DNA of 64,000 nucleotides from Amoeboaphelidium protococcarum X5 (taxonomy: Eukaryota; Fungi; Aphelidiomycota). The notes below the pieces were generated by a model, which saw only the letters and a program-made list of their open reading frames with translations, searched no databases and was not told the origin of the DNA. The stretch spans positions 620,001 to 684,000 of the forward strand of contig JALDTO010000192.1 of NCBI GenBank assembly GCA_023515725.1. Direction: 5' to 3'. The position numbers were made by a program, and so were the translations under genes. Of the stretch, positions 1 through 15,276 are shown in pieces. Numbering within the stretch: position 1 is the first letter of the stretch; every line of letters begins with the position of its first letter.

Positions 1-321
1 CAATTGATGGAGTTGACTTCGCGGACTACGCGTAAATATCTGGATAAGGCCAAGGTGCTGGCTAATCATGCTGGGCACAAACAAGTGGAATTGGAGGATT
101 TGCAATTGGCCATTCGAATGGTTACTGAGAAGGAGTTTGTGATGCCTCTGCCGCGGGAGGTTTATGCCAGGATGGCGAATGATATTAATCGATAGCCACT
201 ACCTCTGTTTGATGAAAAGTATGGTCTACGATTACCTCCTGAAAGAGACTGTCTGACTTAGCCAAATTACCGATTGTTGCATTAGAAAGAGTAAGATGAT
301 AATAACACCATGAAGGATTGA
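1..321 (+). CDS. TAF9: TFIID/SAGA subunit TAF9 (5'-partial)
   Basis: Histone-fold segment, then NR(TAG=Q)PLP...GLRLPPERDCLT(TAG=Q)PNYRL matching the TAF9 LPP.R.CL..PNY motif; TGA at 319-321. Confidence 0.9.
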
Positions 322-445
322 ATGCATGCATGAATGAATCAATGTAAATTTATTATTGTTGTATGACTGTTCAATCAGATTTAGATTTGATTAGACATGC
401 AGGCTTATGAGGTAAATGGATGGACAACAGCGCTAGTGATAATCA

Positions 446-2359
446 TCATTTTCGTTGGGATTTCTTTTATGCTTTAGCTTGCTGAGCAACCTGCTAGAAG
501 CTCTGCTGAATTACAGCCGTTTGCTATTGCTATTGTATAAGCGCTTCATTGATGGGAGGTAAGTTTTGCGGGACAGCTTTGCCTTTTGACCGAGCCATCG
601 CACCACCAAGCCGCTCTTGTAATTACTTCTTTCTCTCTTGCTTGAGCTGGATAGCATTCACCTTCAGCTTAGTCACGGCCTTGTTCTGCATATTAGCGAG
701 TACATTGGAACTGTAGAATTTAGATTACCGTTCATTGTTACTTAGGGCCACCGTATTCAGACGCTCCTCTGTCAGCGTTGGTGCTTAGCCATGAGCGCGC
801 GACTTGGCATCCAACTTGAGCATAAGTTCATCCTGCTAACTGCCTTCATAAGGTTTATTAGGAAGATTGAAGTGCGTAGCAGGTACCATGGAGCCATTGT
901 AAAAGATTACAGATTGATTCTTACCAGAGTTATGCTCCACCATATCCATGAGAGTCTTACGCTTATCCTTCCTACTGCTACCTCCATTGCTCTTTTTCTA
1001 TCTCGGCGGCAAGAGTTATTACTGAGGCTAAACCTATGGCGCATTGACTAGCTATTGCACATCACCATTTTATTAGATTAACGGGTGTTGCTACGTTGCC
1101 ATTGGCTAATCATTCGAAAAGGTGGCAGCACGCTGTCTTTGTTCCATTAGAGGAGCAGAATCTGATTAAATCGGCGTTTATTAGTACATAGGATGGTATA
1201 CTGGCTACTACGGACTTTACAAAACATACTGCTGATTATGGGGATACTACATCTATCCGGCATCATAAGGTTATACTATATACGGACTTGCTACATTTAC
1301 CTGCTGTTGATGATAAGCTGGTTATTACTCCGCATACAAATGAGGATGCGAGGCCATTTGCTGAGGATCTTATATAAGCACTTATTAGGTGGGCATCGGA
1401 GACTAATTCAAAAGAAGAGGACTTTGATCCTGAAAGATTGCAGATTGCATCATCATATTCTTCAATTAAGCCTCCAGACCACCTTGCTATTTCTCATCAT
1501 CAACAGTACCATTCACATAACGCGTAGTCTTGGGCCTCAGATCATCTTCACTTGACTCTTCAGATGAAGACCAATCTGATGAAGATGACGATTCAGTAGA
1601 GGTAGTGGATGCAGTTACAGACGATGCTGAACTCATAGATTCATCAGAGGAGAGCTAATTATCCTGTGCATCAGAATCCGAGGCTAATAAAGACTGGTTC
1701 AGTGCGCTTATCGAACCAGATGAGGATTTAGCTCCTGTTTGTAGAGTACTATTAGCAGATGAGGTGGCACTGGAGAGATACTAAATGGGAGGCGATTTTG
1801 ATTATTGTTTCATGCCATCCTTCAGTTATTTCTACTGGATCAGATTCACGCCTTTCGAGTATCTCAGACCAATTGGTTACTACTCATCCTACTGGATTTA
1901 CTTCTGCTACTCTTGCAGCATTTCATCATCGGATGCACCTTCAAGGATAGCCTTCACAGTCCTTAAGCGTTGTACCACGAAATCACGCGCCATCTCGACA
2001 TTCTCGCCACTACCGCCTTTCAATTGCAAACACTAACCATCATAGCTGTACTTGTGTGACACCTTCCATCCGGTGAGCGCGTCTTTCATCTCCTGCGACC
2101 AGAATAATCTGTTAAAATTCACATCATAATAGATTTAGCTATTGATGAGGATACTCAGCTTCTTTGGCTTTCTTCTAAGCCTGTGACCAAAGCCTTTCTT
2201 TTACGGCGTTATTTGATCAGATTCGCCCGCTTGATCTTATTGTTGTTGTTGCTGAGACAATTCCTCAATACTCTTCACCCCGAAGACCTATCGTTCTAAT
2301 TCACCTTCATCAAAGGGCATTTCCTTTTCAAATTTGAGATATTTTAAGAATTTAGACAT
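446..2359 (-). CDS. Hypothetical protein (~637 aa) with acidic/Ser-rich middle and Lys/Gln-rich C-terminus
   Basis: ATG at 2359 (MSKFLKYLKFEKEMPF...). The N- and C-terminal parts I translated are in the same frame under TAR=Gln and end ...KKSQRK TGA TGA. No family recognised. Confidence 0.65.
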
Positions 2360-2779
2360 TACTTATTATTGTTATTGTTATATACGCTATATGTATAAGA
2401 CTGCAATTAACAGAAAATAAAGATTAAAGAATCGTATCCACAAATGATGAACTAGTTAATCGAATGAACCCCAAGCGCACTAATCAGAAGCATTTGATAC
2501 TGTAACACCAAGGTTGATCAGCGAATCAAGCGCAAGCATTTTCGGACTGCCATGATTTCAATCTTCTCGAGTATCATAGAGTTTACTGTATGTGTTATGA
2601 TTTATGAGCGGCAATACAGGATATTTTACGCGTTGATTTGACCAAATGAGCAGGCCTTCATGGTTTGATTTTGAAGAGTTCAAACGCCAAAACTTGGACG
2701 AGCAATGAAAATAGTGACAAAGTGGTATATTGTCAACTCATAGAATTCATGTAATAAAAACAGTAGACGGAGAGTTCAT

Positions 2780-3517
2780 TCACCTGATGGCATGAATTTG
2801 GGCGCTTGAGGAACTTACAAACTGCGGCCCATCACTTTCAATCACATAAGCCATATCGTCTTCATCAACGGGACAATTGTGGATGTTTTCTGTCCCATCA
2901 ACTAGTCCATTTATATACTACGTACCTCCATCCATAGCCATATAGTATTCATCCATATCATCAACATTGCCAGATTCAAAAAAATCTTGATACTGTGACA
3001 CTTACTCGGCATTTATACCAGATGTGGACGCAACTACAGCATTTCTTCTTCTGGTTGGATCAAATCCGGCGGGGAATATATGGGCACTAGTTGGTGGGTC
3101 AATAACAATCGGCGGCCTTATATTGACTTCAGAAATAGGAATATAGTCATTACTATCAGAATCCTATTCCTCTTAAGCATAGAGGTAAGACGCGTCTTAA
3201 AATCTCTAGCGCAGTGATTAGACGCGTGTGCTGGAATTAGCACTGCCCGAGCGACCAGTCAGCCAAGAGGGAAGACGGCGCCTATCTGGCTGCAGCTTAT
3301 TCTTCTAATATAAATCAATAACAGACAGAAGCATAGCCTCAGTCTACTAATCACCATCTCTCAATTTCGACACAAAGCTGGAGTATCTGCTTTTTGGTTT
3401 ATGACTTTCCCCAAGCACGGACGAGAAGTACTGCTAGCTGCGAACATGCTACTCATACAGCTCCCTTAAACGTCTACCAACGAATGCATCATCATTCTCC
3501 ACTGTTCTTTTGCCCAT
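2780..3517 (-). CDS. Hypothetical protein (~245 aa)
   Basis: ATG 3517 (MGKRTVENDDAFVGRRLRELYE...) open under TAR=Gln to TGA at 2780-2782. Confidence 0.6.
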
Positions 3518-3663
3518 AATTAGATTACTATTATGAATGAGCGTTAATTTGTGTTAAAAAATGTCCAACAATGTGGTTGTAAGAGAGGTGTGTATGATGA
3601 AAAGTCAGGGGAACAGCATAAGCGTAAAAATCAAGGGACAACAATCAAATTGAACGTTATCAC

Positions 3664-3690
3664 CCACTCACTCACTCACTCACACACACA
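3664..3690. repeat. (CACT)n/(CA)n microsatellite
   Basis: cactcactcactcactcacacacaca. Confidence 0.7.
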
Positions 3691-3742
3691 AAGACACAGA
3701 GAGAGATGATCACACGATGATAATGACTCAACGCATCGTCAA

Positions 3743-4397
<655 letters not shown>

Positions 4398-4602
4398 AAT
4401 TTTTATCATAAATGAATTACTGACTAAGATGATGCCATAATAGATGGAAAAGAAAGAGAATGAGAAATTCCGAAACGGCTCCTAAATTGAAGACTCTCAA
4501 ATCTAGCATTGATCACGTCAAAATTGCCAGCATACTATCCAAATTAAAATCATCAGAGTTAAGAAAACTATATATGAGATGGTATTATCTTTATTATTTA
4601 AA

Positions 4603-6159
4603 TCAAGCGACAACTTCAACCTTTTCGTGTTTATGCTTCTTGGACTTTTTGCTCTTCTTACTCTTCTCCTCTTTGGAAGCTACCACAGCCTACTACTACT
4701 GTTCATGATCATCATCATGCTTACGCTTCTTGGACTTGTTCTTATCCTTCTTTGACTTCTTTGAAACTTCTTCTTCAGACACCAGTGCTGGTACTTCAAC
4801 AGAGCCTGCCATCACAGTGGTGTCGTCAACCTTGGCCTCAACATCAGACTCATCGTCATCCCCAAAATCAGCCAGGGAGTCCAAGACGCTCTGCATAACA
4901 TCCAAATTCTTCTTCACCGGCTCACCAGTCTCGTAATACTTTAGTCGGTCCTCCACCTGCTGCTTCATAGCCTCACCAAACACACTTGTAGGATGGTCAT
5001 TAAAGCAGTCGATTCTGGACGCGATGGAACACTTGTTGGCCAGATATCTAGAAATTCTGCCCTTGTTCTTGTTTCCAGTGCGACCAATGAAGGAGCTGTG
5101 GTAGATGAGTCCATACTTTGGAGTGTTTCCACGCGTCTTCAGTGCCCTGAACAGAGCCTTTTCAGCACCCAGAATTTACACAGTGGAAGCAGGATACTTA
5201 CTCAAGTTGGTCAGACTTCCGGCATGGCTGATTAGTCTAGCACCAACGACATCGCCAATCAAGGCGGCCAGATTAGGTGCAACATGACCCATCTTGGAGT
5301 GCAGATACTCCTGCAGCTCAACTCTGTACTTGTACAAAGACTCGACTCTCTTGGCGAAAGACTCAATATTCAAGATGTCCAATTCCGAGATATCAGTGCC
5401 CATTGAAGATCTAGCGGCCATAAGAATTCTTTCAGCCAGAGCGTCTGCATCATCACCACCGATAATCTCAGCCAACTTGGACACGTCTTCTTCACTCAGA
5501 GTACTCTTATTCTAGATGGCCATAGTCAATCTGACATATGTCAAGTTATCAGCGACAATCTTGATAAGCTCAGGGAAATGCCAAGAGTACCACTCTCTGA
5601 TGCGCATGGTGAAAGTGTTAATATCCTTATCCAACTGATCCAGCATACAGATGGCCTGAGTGATCATATTGTCGGCTCTGTTCACATTGAACTTGACCTT
5701 GGCACGCGAGTAAGAGTGACCCAGACCGAGCTGAGCTTTCTCCATCACTCCATTATCCAGGGCTTTAATCATCTTGTGGATATGCAATCTGATGCCACGC
5801 ACAAACTCATGCACCACATCGTTAGATTCGCATTAGATTCCAGTCTCCGCTCTGATCGCTCCAGCAAGATTCTTATCACCAACACCCAATACACTCTTGG
5901 ATCCTTTACCGAAATTCAAATCCAGAAATGACTTTAGACTAGCATTACAGATACCCTCAGACACGTCATTCAAATTCTGTAAAGCATCCGCAGCATTCTT
6001 GTATGGCAAAAATGACTTCAATTTGACCACTTTACAGAAAAGGGAGTAATCAGCATAAGCCTACTGCACGCTCTCAGTGGATGCTCCAATTTCATCTCCG
6101 CCAATCTTCTCGAATAACGCGTATCCAGAAGCCAACTCGAATAATATATGTGTGGCCAT
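4603..6159 (-). CDS. NOP56: Box C/D snoRNP protein Nop56
   Basis: [51 protein letters not shown](TAA=Q)[13 protein letters not shown], Lys-rich tail; TGA 4603-4605. Confidence 0.95.
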
Positions 6160-6379
6160 TATTAAATTATCGAGCGATATTTTATTAAATCTCTCTTACC
6201 GTGTTGATATAATAACGCGTCAATCAATTCCAGTGATGAAGAGAGAAAACGGATCAAAAAGGAGGACTCGATAAGGTTGGCAGTTTTGCTCAGAGAAAAT
6301 CATCCAAAGAGCTCAACGCTTTCAAAGAGTGATGCGTTTATAGAACAAATATACTCAAATTATATTACAATCACATAAA

Positions 6380-8122
6380 TCATTACTGTTATTGCTGAGC
6401 TAGTAGAATCGCGTAGTGCTTGACAGTTTTGGTCAGGGATTGCAGAACTATGACCACATCTTTTTAGAGTGGAATGTGCCTTGTAAGTTACTTAACAGCG
6501 CCAGACAGCTGGGCGACGCATTTAATCAAAGAGTTGGAATCTCCAATAAACTAGCGATAAAACACAGAACTAGCTTGATCAGAGGCATGCAATTGTTTAC
6601 TCTTTATCAGAGCCTTGTACGCAGATTCCGCGAGGGACATTTGAGCACACAGCGACTCTATACTGTTCGTCATATCAGCATTATCACTGTTCCTGAGTTG
6701 TGACTTTACTAAATCGGACAACAAGAGTAGAACATGATCAACCAAGCCCATACATCTATCCGCCACGTCAAGCAAAGTCATGGACGACTCATTAAAGGAA
6801 TCAATGGTTGAAGCAGAGTCTGAATGATTTCGTTAATGTCTTATCATACCTGCACCACCACTACCACCTAAAGGCTTTAGAATTTATATATCAGGCGTAC
6901 CATTCAGATTGATAGATCCTGTCAACTAGGCGCTCATTGGAGTACTAATTCTACTACCTCCACCAACACCATCAGCTGTAAATTGTTTAGCGTAAATCAA
7001 ATGAGAGATTGACTGCAACTCTTCAACTAGCAAATACCCGCACAGGATAACATTTTTACAAGTTACACCATTTAATTGATGAGCCAATGCTTTACTTAAA
7101 GTTTACATCTCATGAAACATCTCCATTATGCCCTCTACTAAAACGATAAAGTTCTACTACTATTACTAATCATTCAATTCTCCTCCATCCCTATTACCAC
7201 CTCTGGATGCTTTCAATATTATATTACAAACCTTCAAGATATGCTCCTTTTCGGGCAGTGCCACCACATTCAACAGATTCTGAATCGTCACTGCAAAATT
7301 ACAGGCTGCATACAATACCGAACGGTAGTGACTTTCGCTCTAAGACCGCAAGCTTAATCGCGTAATATCATGATCATTGTGAGAGTGTTGTTGATCTTAC
7401 TAGTACTCGCCATAATCTGTAATTTATGATATCTGCTATTACTATTACTATTGATATTCAGAGTAAGGATGTTCTCGTATCCACTGCTGCAGCTCAGAAA
7501 GCCAACCAACCTGACCGGCATCACTCTTTTCATGGGAACTCTTTTTTAGCACATTCAGTGGAGGATATCGCAGCGGATTACAATCAACCTTGAGAATCTT
7601 TAATTGATTCATCTTACTGAAATACTCTGGCAATACTTGGATTTCATTCTTTGACAAGCTCAACGCCTACACATTAAATGCAATTATTATTATTATAATT
7701 AATAGGGTGCAAAGTTTAATGACAACAAAACGTTACCTTGAGATTAATTAATGAACCAAAATCTTTAGGCAGCTCAGTGATCCTGTTTCGACTCACATCT
7801 AGGATTTCCAGCCACTTCATTTAACACAACTACATTACATTACACTGATATGGCTGAGTAAATTAAATTTAATGTTGATGAGTGTTATTACAACTAGGGG
7901 AAATTCCGTAAACTAATTAGATTTAATGTTGAGATTGCGTAAATTCATAAATGAAATGTGGAATGATTCAGGTAGGTGGTGCAAGAGGTTTTACTGCAAG
8001 CCGAGTCTCTCAATACTTGCCCCATTTCCCATTATAGATTAAGGAAATTCCTGCAAATCCATACCAGCAAAAGTCACATCTGACTTCCCCAAATCAACTT
8101 CAGTGCTTGAATCCATATTCAT
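6380..8122 (-). CDS. Leucine-rich-repeat protein, Sog2/RAM-network-like; introns 7830-7891 and 7667-7736
   Basis: N-terminal LRRs (LEILDVSRNRITELP, LSLSKNEIQVLPEY, LKILKVDCNPLRYPP) followed by a helical C-terminal region, as in fungal Sog2. Two GT-AG introns restore the frame. Confidence 0.7.
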
Positions 8123-8717
8123 TTGTTATGCCTTTGAATTTTAGTTCAATGTTTAAATGCAACACGTTTCGTTTGTTTTGGTTGTTTGTTCTCGCGATTC
8201 GATATCGCACGCTTTACAGTGAGCGACCATCAATGCATGATGGCTTAGTACGGCCACTGCTTGGTATTAGCTCTTCCAGTGGTATACACGGCTAAATTTT
8301 CTGCGGTTACATCGGGCCGTCTTCTATCTTTGACTGATACAGTAAAAAACACTAAACGAATAATACGTTGATTAACAACGCGTAAAAATACTACTAATAA
8401 ATAGGGCAAAGACCATCTTGTGGCTCAAAGACTTTAGTAAATGTTATGTAGGCGCATTCTTCGAAAACTATCAAATTTTGAGGCCTTTGAGGGTGGCTGA
8501 AGTTGGATTGGAGCTCGTAAGTTCCGGGTTGAAGTTAATCAAGATTAACATGAAACGCAGATGCAACAATGTGGAAATGATAGCCAAATAACGAATTTGA
8601 AACGCTTATAAATAATCAACAGAGAGAGCAAATGGACTACTAAGACTTATCAAGTCTGCTTTAAGAAGTACGATTATAACTGGACGGATGATGTGTGGAT
8701 GACGTTCATGACAAAAT

Positions 8718-9449
8718 TCATTCCAAGTTGTATGAGATAAGCAGCCTTTACTTCGTGAAAGGCTAATTGCGCGTACAAATTCGAAAAACTACCGATTCGG
8801 ATCCGCGATATGTCTACTTTACGCAAGTGCATATACTGCAGCAGAAAACTCTTCGCAGATACGCTGAAAACACTGGAGATATATGTGCTGTAGTGTTAAA
8901 TCGCCCTGAAAATGATATCCATGCGCTTTGTTCAGTAGATTCCGTCTTCCTAAAGTGTGCCTATTTACACGTTTGTATCAGAATAGTCTCAAATAAAAAA
9001 CGGCTTTAAATATTCTTATCGTGCTCATCTTCGAGTATGTTCAAGAGCTTCAGCATTTCTCTCTACAAGTTCAAAGGCGGACGAGTATGGCCGCCAAATA
9101 GGTACTAAATAGCTGGCCAACTACGGTATTAATGATTACTTTCCATTTTCGTAAAATGTGCAGCTTTAACCATATCAACATAACTTAACTCTCTCCCATT
9201 ATCATAATCAACTACTTTCATCGCAGCTGTTTAGAGATTTTACAAGAATTAGATATTGTCATCCTCAGATACACTTAATCTTTCTAGTCTACTTATTGCA
9301 AATTTTACTGTCTTCCATTTACTGTTATTGAGGAAATTCACTAAAATATCAGCTAACGGTATCAGGGATGCAAATCGAGATTTCAGCGACTCAGCTACGA
9401 TTACATCTCCATATTAAAACTCCTATGATATTATCTTTAAATTTTGCAT
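8718..9449 (-). CDS. Hypothetical ORF, possibly the downstream part of the gene interrupted by the LINE (may be a pseudogene)
   Basis: About 240 codons free of TGA under TAR=Gln. A TACTAAC..CAG intron-like 3' end lies upstream (~9558-9575). No family recognised. Confidence 0.35.
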
Positions 9450-9852
9450 AGTAGTATAAAATTATTTCCAACAAGTGTCATACTTATATGTCAGAGACAC
9501 ACGTGTTCACAGTATTATTAACATTTAATTTAAATCAGAATACTGCATTAAATTCAACTGCACATTAGTTAGTATTTTGCATAAAGGAGGGACTTGTCTA
9601 CCGCTGCATATCCATACATAAGCGTTACCTCATCACTCATGATGAATAGAGAAGTAGCAGCAGTAGAATTTATCATATATTGGTGGCACAGAAATTCTTC
9701 TTCCAGTAGTCCCAATTATTTTTATTTGCAAATATTGAGGCAAGTTCCTAACCAACCCAATGCTGTCTTTTAAACAATTGATTAATGCAGCATTTCTGTC
9801 GCGCTTCGTTGAACGGGACATTCTTCAGCTGCTTCACGAGATTACTTTGGCG

Positions 9853-9868
9853 TTTACAATAATCAATT
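9853..9868. repeat. Target-site duplication, left copy (TTTACAATAATCAATT)
   Basis: Identical 16-mer at 16202-16217; abuts the T8 run (poly-A of the minus-strand element) at 9867-9874. Confidence 0.9.
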
Positions 9869-10088
9869 TTTTTTAGTTACATAATATGTAATGTATATAA
9901 CACACTCAATTCACTTTTATCCGAGAACACAGCATTATTTGACTCTTCGAGAGGAGCCTTCATATCGCTGTCAATTGGCTATAGCCAAAAGGAATATCCA
10001 GCAACGTCCCGGACATGCCGACCAAGAGGTTCAATTCCTGTCGACCCACGACGTAGAGCGGCTCAGCGACGCAACGCGACGGGGCGGC

Positions 10089-13000
10089 TCATAACTGAGT
10101 CGGCTATCCGTCTTCCTAGTCAGGTGGTTTTCTCTTCTTGCATCCTTCGACTTTACGCGTCTCAAAATCATGGCTGTTTATATCGGACCTTCGCATTTTT
10201 ATTCGAATAAATATAGGTGGTCTAGTCGCAGGTGTGATCTTAATTTTCTTGATGCAACTATGTGTTTCGACCCGCTTTCTTTTGATGTTGATCTTGTTTG
10301 TGACAGTTTGTTTCGTGATATGAATTTTGCCATTGGAATGGTTGGCTCTGTATCTTGAGTGTTTGAAGGTTATAGTTTTCAGGCTTTTGGTTATATTTTG
10401 GTTTCTAGTCTAGAGTTCCTCGTTCCTGTGGCACCAGATATTCTTGTATACAGCCGAGTATAAACAGTCGCACGCGTATCGTAGCAAAGTTATTGCGTGT
10501 GAGTTGTCAAATATAGTTATCGCATGTTGCAGGTCACTATCAGTTATTATCATATTGTGGATGTTGTGCGCGCCGAACGTGGGTGTATCGAGTTCCAGCA
10601 GATTTATGAGCGTTTGAGGTGGAGGCATTTATATATTTTGAAGTTTCCTCCAGTGTCGACTAGTCAGCTTTCTGGTTTGTAGTAATGCATTCCAGTCCTT
10701 AATAATGTCTTCTTGCACTGAATGGGTGTGAGGACATTTTAGGATGTGCTCGTGTGTCTCTTCGTTAAGGTTGCATCTAGGACATAGAGTGGAGCCATAT
10801 TCTAGTTGAAATTCTTTTAATAGATCTAGTGTAGGCAGTGTCTTGTGGAGAAATTTTATTCTGAATGCTATTTCTTTAGTGTTAGATGCATCCAGAATGT
10901 TTTCTGAGTCTAGACCTTAGGTTGCAGTGGTAATTGTGCTCTACACATTGATGTCGTCTATATTCTGATGGAGACCAACTAACTGGACAGTGCATTGCTC
11001 TTTCATATTCTCTTAGTGCATGATTTTGATATGGCGACCAGGGTAGAATTAAATAGGCCTATTTTGCCAGTGCATCAGTTTGATAGTTATGTGGTGAGCT
11101 TAAGGAGTATATTGCATGGTGCGATCTTGACTCGCTGCAGCTTTTGCATTTTCCATCATGTCCTGGTATAAAGATTGACTGCGACTTTCTTCGAAGCTAG
11201 GAGTAAACTCAAACTCTTTGAACAGATTGCAAATACTGTGCAGGATATCGTGATTGTCTAATTTAAAGAATGATCTAGTGGGGGTCTTCATTTCAGCGTT
11301 TGAGCAAATGAGTTTACTCGTAGTTGAGTCGATTCCAATAATTTCGATGATCTGATTTCTCTTAAGCTAGTTCACGGTGACATAGATACCCATAAGCTAG
11401 GCTCTCTGCTTAGTACCAAATGTAGTCTTGACTTGTAACGCGTCAGATTAAATTTCTTCGCACGTGAACATGTCCTCTATAGTCCAGGCTATTCCTATGC
11501 GAGAGTCTTTCATCTAGTGGACCGCAATAACTATAGATACATGTGAACTTACCGCTTGCTTTTGTATTACGTCTTGTTTTTCTTTACCAGAGATTTCTCT
11601 AATATTAAAGCTTGCATTAATGTTGTCAAGCTGTTCTAAGTCTGTATCTTAACACTGACTACTTAGAATACTTCTATACCACAGCGGGGTCTAAAATTCT
11701 TGAATAAGTTTATCTCTAAGCTTAGCATTCTTGCAATTGTCAGCCAGTTGAGCAAACGGTATTGACGTTCTAGGATTTGTCGGCAGTATAATATCGTTGA
11801 TACTTTTTATCTACAGTTATTCGTAGATCTTACAGTGCGTGTTGTAATCTTCAGCAGGAATCCGTTCGAAGAAGGAGTTATGCTTTAGACTGTAGTCCTT
11901 CACAGATAGATCATGCTTATCCAGAATTTTCGCAATTCCCACAAGATAGTATCCAGTGATTCCATTTAAGTTCTAGGATGGGAATCTTTCAGTAATACAG
12001 TACTCCGATTTAATTTTCGATTAAATGGCGGAGAGCATGATTCTAATTATCTGAGATTAGTTATTGTCTCGATTAATCCATACAATAAAGTCGTTTAGAG
12101 CCCTTCTTTCCCTGACCATACCTAAATTCTAGAGATTAAAGTTATACCACTTACAGTATAGAATTGATGTAGCAGCTGTACGTGATAGTTCTGATTTCTG
12201 CTTGATAAAGCTCCTAATTTTGGAATCCCATTAGGCGGTCTTGGAGTCTGAAACGTTTGAGAGCTATAGTTAGTATGCAATGAGCGGGATAATTTTGCAG
12301 TTGAAGATGTAAACATCTTAAATGCCACGAGTTGACTATCCTCTCATTGAACGAAGGCAGAGATTGAGACTTTAGTTTGCTAGCTTAGTAGCCTTTGTAG
12401 TTGACTTTACCAATGACCATTTAGCTCCCAAGTATCTGACCACTTCGGTCTTCCCTATGATCTAATCTATAATCTATCCATTAATTTTTTAAGTTGGCTT
12501 ATTCTGTTAGGTGAAGCTAATATTTGTGCACATAGCTTTTCTTGGCATTCACATTCATTTAGTGGCACTTTAGGAACGATCCAATCAAGTTTAATTGCTT
12601 TTAGCAGTCCTCTGCAGTTTCACTGATTGGAGCCAAGTCGTCTGCGAATCCAGTAGAGGTGATTTTAAGGTTTTTATTGAAGTAGAGTCCTTCTGTTTAA
12701 TCTTCCATTGCGATTTATAATGGATCGTAGAATATAATAAATAGGATTGGAGACAATGCATCGCCTTGAGCCACTCCCCTCTCTGGCTTGAAAGGTTCAG
12801 TATGGCCTGCTACCGTTTGAATAGTAATTTCTCTTTAAACCAGTAGTGCCACTATTAGTTAGATCAGATCTTCTGGAGTTTTAATTCTTCGCAGAGAGTT
12901 GACATTGCCTTCTATTGGTACAGAGTCAAAAGCTTTAAATACATCTGCTCCAGCAATAAATAGGTTTCTTTTCTTCATGTGGGCATAGTCCATTGCTAAT

Positions 13001-15230
13001 TTTATGTCGAGTAGAGAGTCCGCAGTAGAGCGGTTGCTTTTAAATCCATTGTTGTTAGCTTTAAGAATTTAGTGTTAGTTCAGCACCTTGTTAATTCTCT
13101 TTGTCATGATTGAGCTTAGTAACTTTTTCAAAGAGTCAATCAATGAGATAGGCCTGAAATTTCCCAGTTTACCTTAATGGTTCTCTTTCTTAGGTAGTAG
13201 CACAATTTCAACTAGTCTGTCGACTTACGGGACGGTCTTATTTTCAATGATGCAGTTTATGATGTCCAGTATCAGTTGGAGTACAGACTATTCGGTCAGA
13301 AGTTTGAAAAATTCGTTGGTGATTTTAGACGGCCCAGCTGCTTTACCATTTGGGAGCATCTGTATACAATATAGTAATTCGTCCATACTAACATTGCGCA
13401 TTATATTATCATATATACTTGGATTGATTTCTGGGAGAGGACGAAAGTATTTTCCTCATTCTGCCTAATATTCTATCTCTTCTTCTTTTGTTGGTGCTTA
13501 GCGTGTCATGATACTTTGCCAAAAACGTTTATGTTCTTGTTTGATTCCATCAGGATCATTTATCAGAGTGCCATCGTCTAGCATTACATATTGCAGTTCA
13601 TTTGACACCGTCGGGTTAAATATGTTCTTCATTGTAGCTTTTCGGTTAAGAACGAATCCTTAATCCTTCATTTATTGAGCTTTCTTCCTTTATTCTAAGG
13701 CTTTCTTGTTCAGGTATTGGTTCATCAGCTTGAGGCAGGCTTTAATTCTTTCTGTTAAATTGTCTTTGCAAATTACTTGAGATACATTAGTGTCCGTGTA
13801 AAATTATTTCAGATATTATTACACCAACTCTATGTCGTTTTTTGATATTGCTCCAGTTTTCGCACGACGTTCTATATCTTTCAGTTGAGCATAGTATTTA
13901 ACAGACTTGAAATCATAGGGTCGTGTTAGGATGGATGTGAGACTGAGACAGGGGGTACGCATAGGCAAGCATCTCATACTTTTCTTAAATGATGAGTTAA
14001 GGAGAGTCCTGACTTGATCCAAATTGCTCAGGTTGACAGGTGGGGCAGTAATCAGTTACGCAGCGAGTTTCTCGTTGTATGCTTAGATGTGTTTTTACTG
14101 CACTTTTATGAGGTTAATTCTTATGGCTTCAGCATTTTGCTTTCGCGTATATATGATATCTCTATTAAAGTCTATCTCCAGAGTTAGCGTGATAGCTTTA
14201 TGATGAGTATTCGACCCCAAGTTAATAGTCTTAATGATATTACATTCTCGAACTTTTGCTATACTCTTTTCGTTAATGAGAAAGTAGTCAATTCGTGATT
14301 CCGACTTAACACCTTTACCAATAAATACAGAATGAGTGTACTCTCTCTTGTTTGGATTGAGTAGTCTCCAAATGTCAGTCAGCCTACAGTATGCTTCTGT
14401 TCGTCGCTAATAATTTCACGCATTATTTTAACCTCAGCTTTGGTGGAGCATTGGCGAGGTCTACTGTCTCCTTGTGTTGATCTGTCTATAGATGGATTGA
14501 GAGCGCAATTCCAGTCTCCTCCGAAGATAGTGTGCATCGAGTTGTCAGATATAGTGAGAATTTCTTCCATCTTGTCCGAGAATTTCTTCATTTAAGGTTA
14601 GTTCTCCTTCTTATTAGGGGCAGATGGTAGGTAGAAGCAGCCGATCAGTATATCCTTGTCTTTGCATCTAAGCTACATGCATGTAATTCTTCCTTCTAGT
14701 TTATACACTTTTTGAATGTAACCTTACCAGCATTTGGCGTATACGATGGCAGTGCCTTATCCATGTTTGTCGTACTGATTAGAGTCCTCGTTATGATCGG
14801 TGACTATGCCATAGTACTAATTAAGAATTCTGTCTTTTTTTATCCATTTTGTAATATCACTAGCAGATGCCCACGTCTCCGTCAGCATAAGAAAATCAAT
14901 CTATTGCGTGATACCAAGGGCAGCTTCCTAGAGCATGGTGTTTAATATGGCTGACTTTTTCAAAGTGCCATCTGCTCTTCCAAAAAGGCTCTACACATTT
15001 TGATGTATGATATGAATTTAATTTAATTTCTATTCTATAACTTATCTTTTGGGGGCTTCAATAGTAATCTGAGTTTAATGTCCATGTCATTCCGCTAGGA
15101 TTGTCTGCTATTGTTTGGTAAATCAAAATGGTCTTCGGGTTCATTGTTTGAGCGAGAAGAAGGAGAATGAGGAGAGTCGGGTAAAGTATTGCGATTACTG
15201 ATTACGATGTTTTCTCTCATATTCTCATTG
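10089..15230 (-). pseudogene. LINE ORF2 (endonuclease-reverse transcriptase-Zn knuckle) with several frameshifts; start approximate
   Basis: Motifs as for the element. Frame changes near ~15050, ~14390 and ~12535, with more between ~12.1 and 12.4 kb; final TGA 10089-10091. Confidence 0.85.
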
Positions 15231-15276
15231 ATCATTTCGTTAATGCTGTCACCATTACACCTTCCCACTGATTTAC

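Noticed and set aside
8488-8540. tRNA-like boxes (GTGGCTGAAGTTGG...GGTTGAAG) as a possible suppressor tRNA
   Set aside because: No acceptor stem, no proper GTTCRA T-loop and no cloverleaf; no tRNA recognised in the window.
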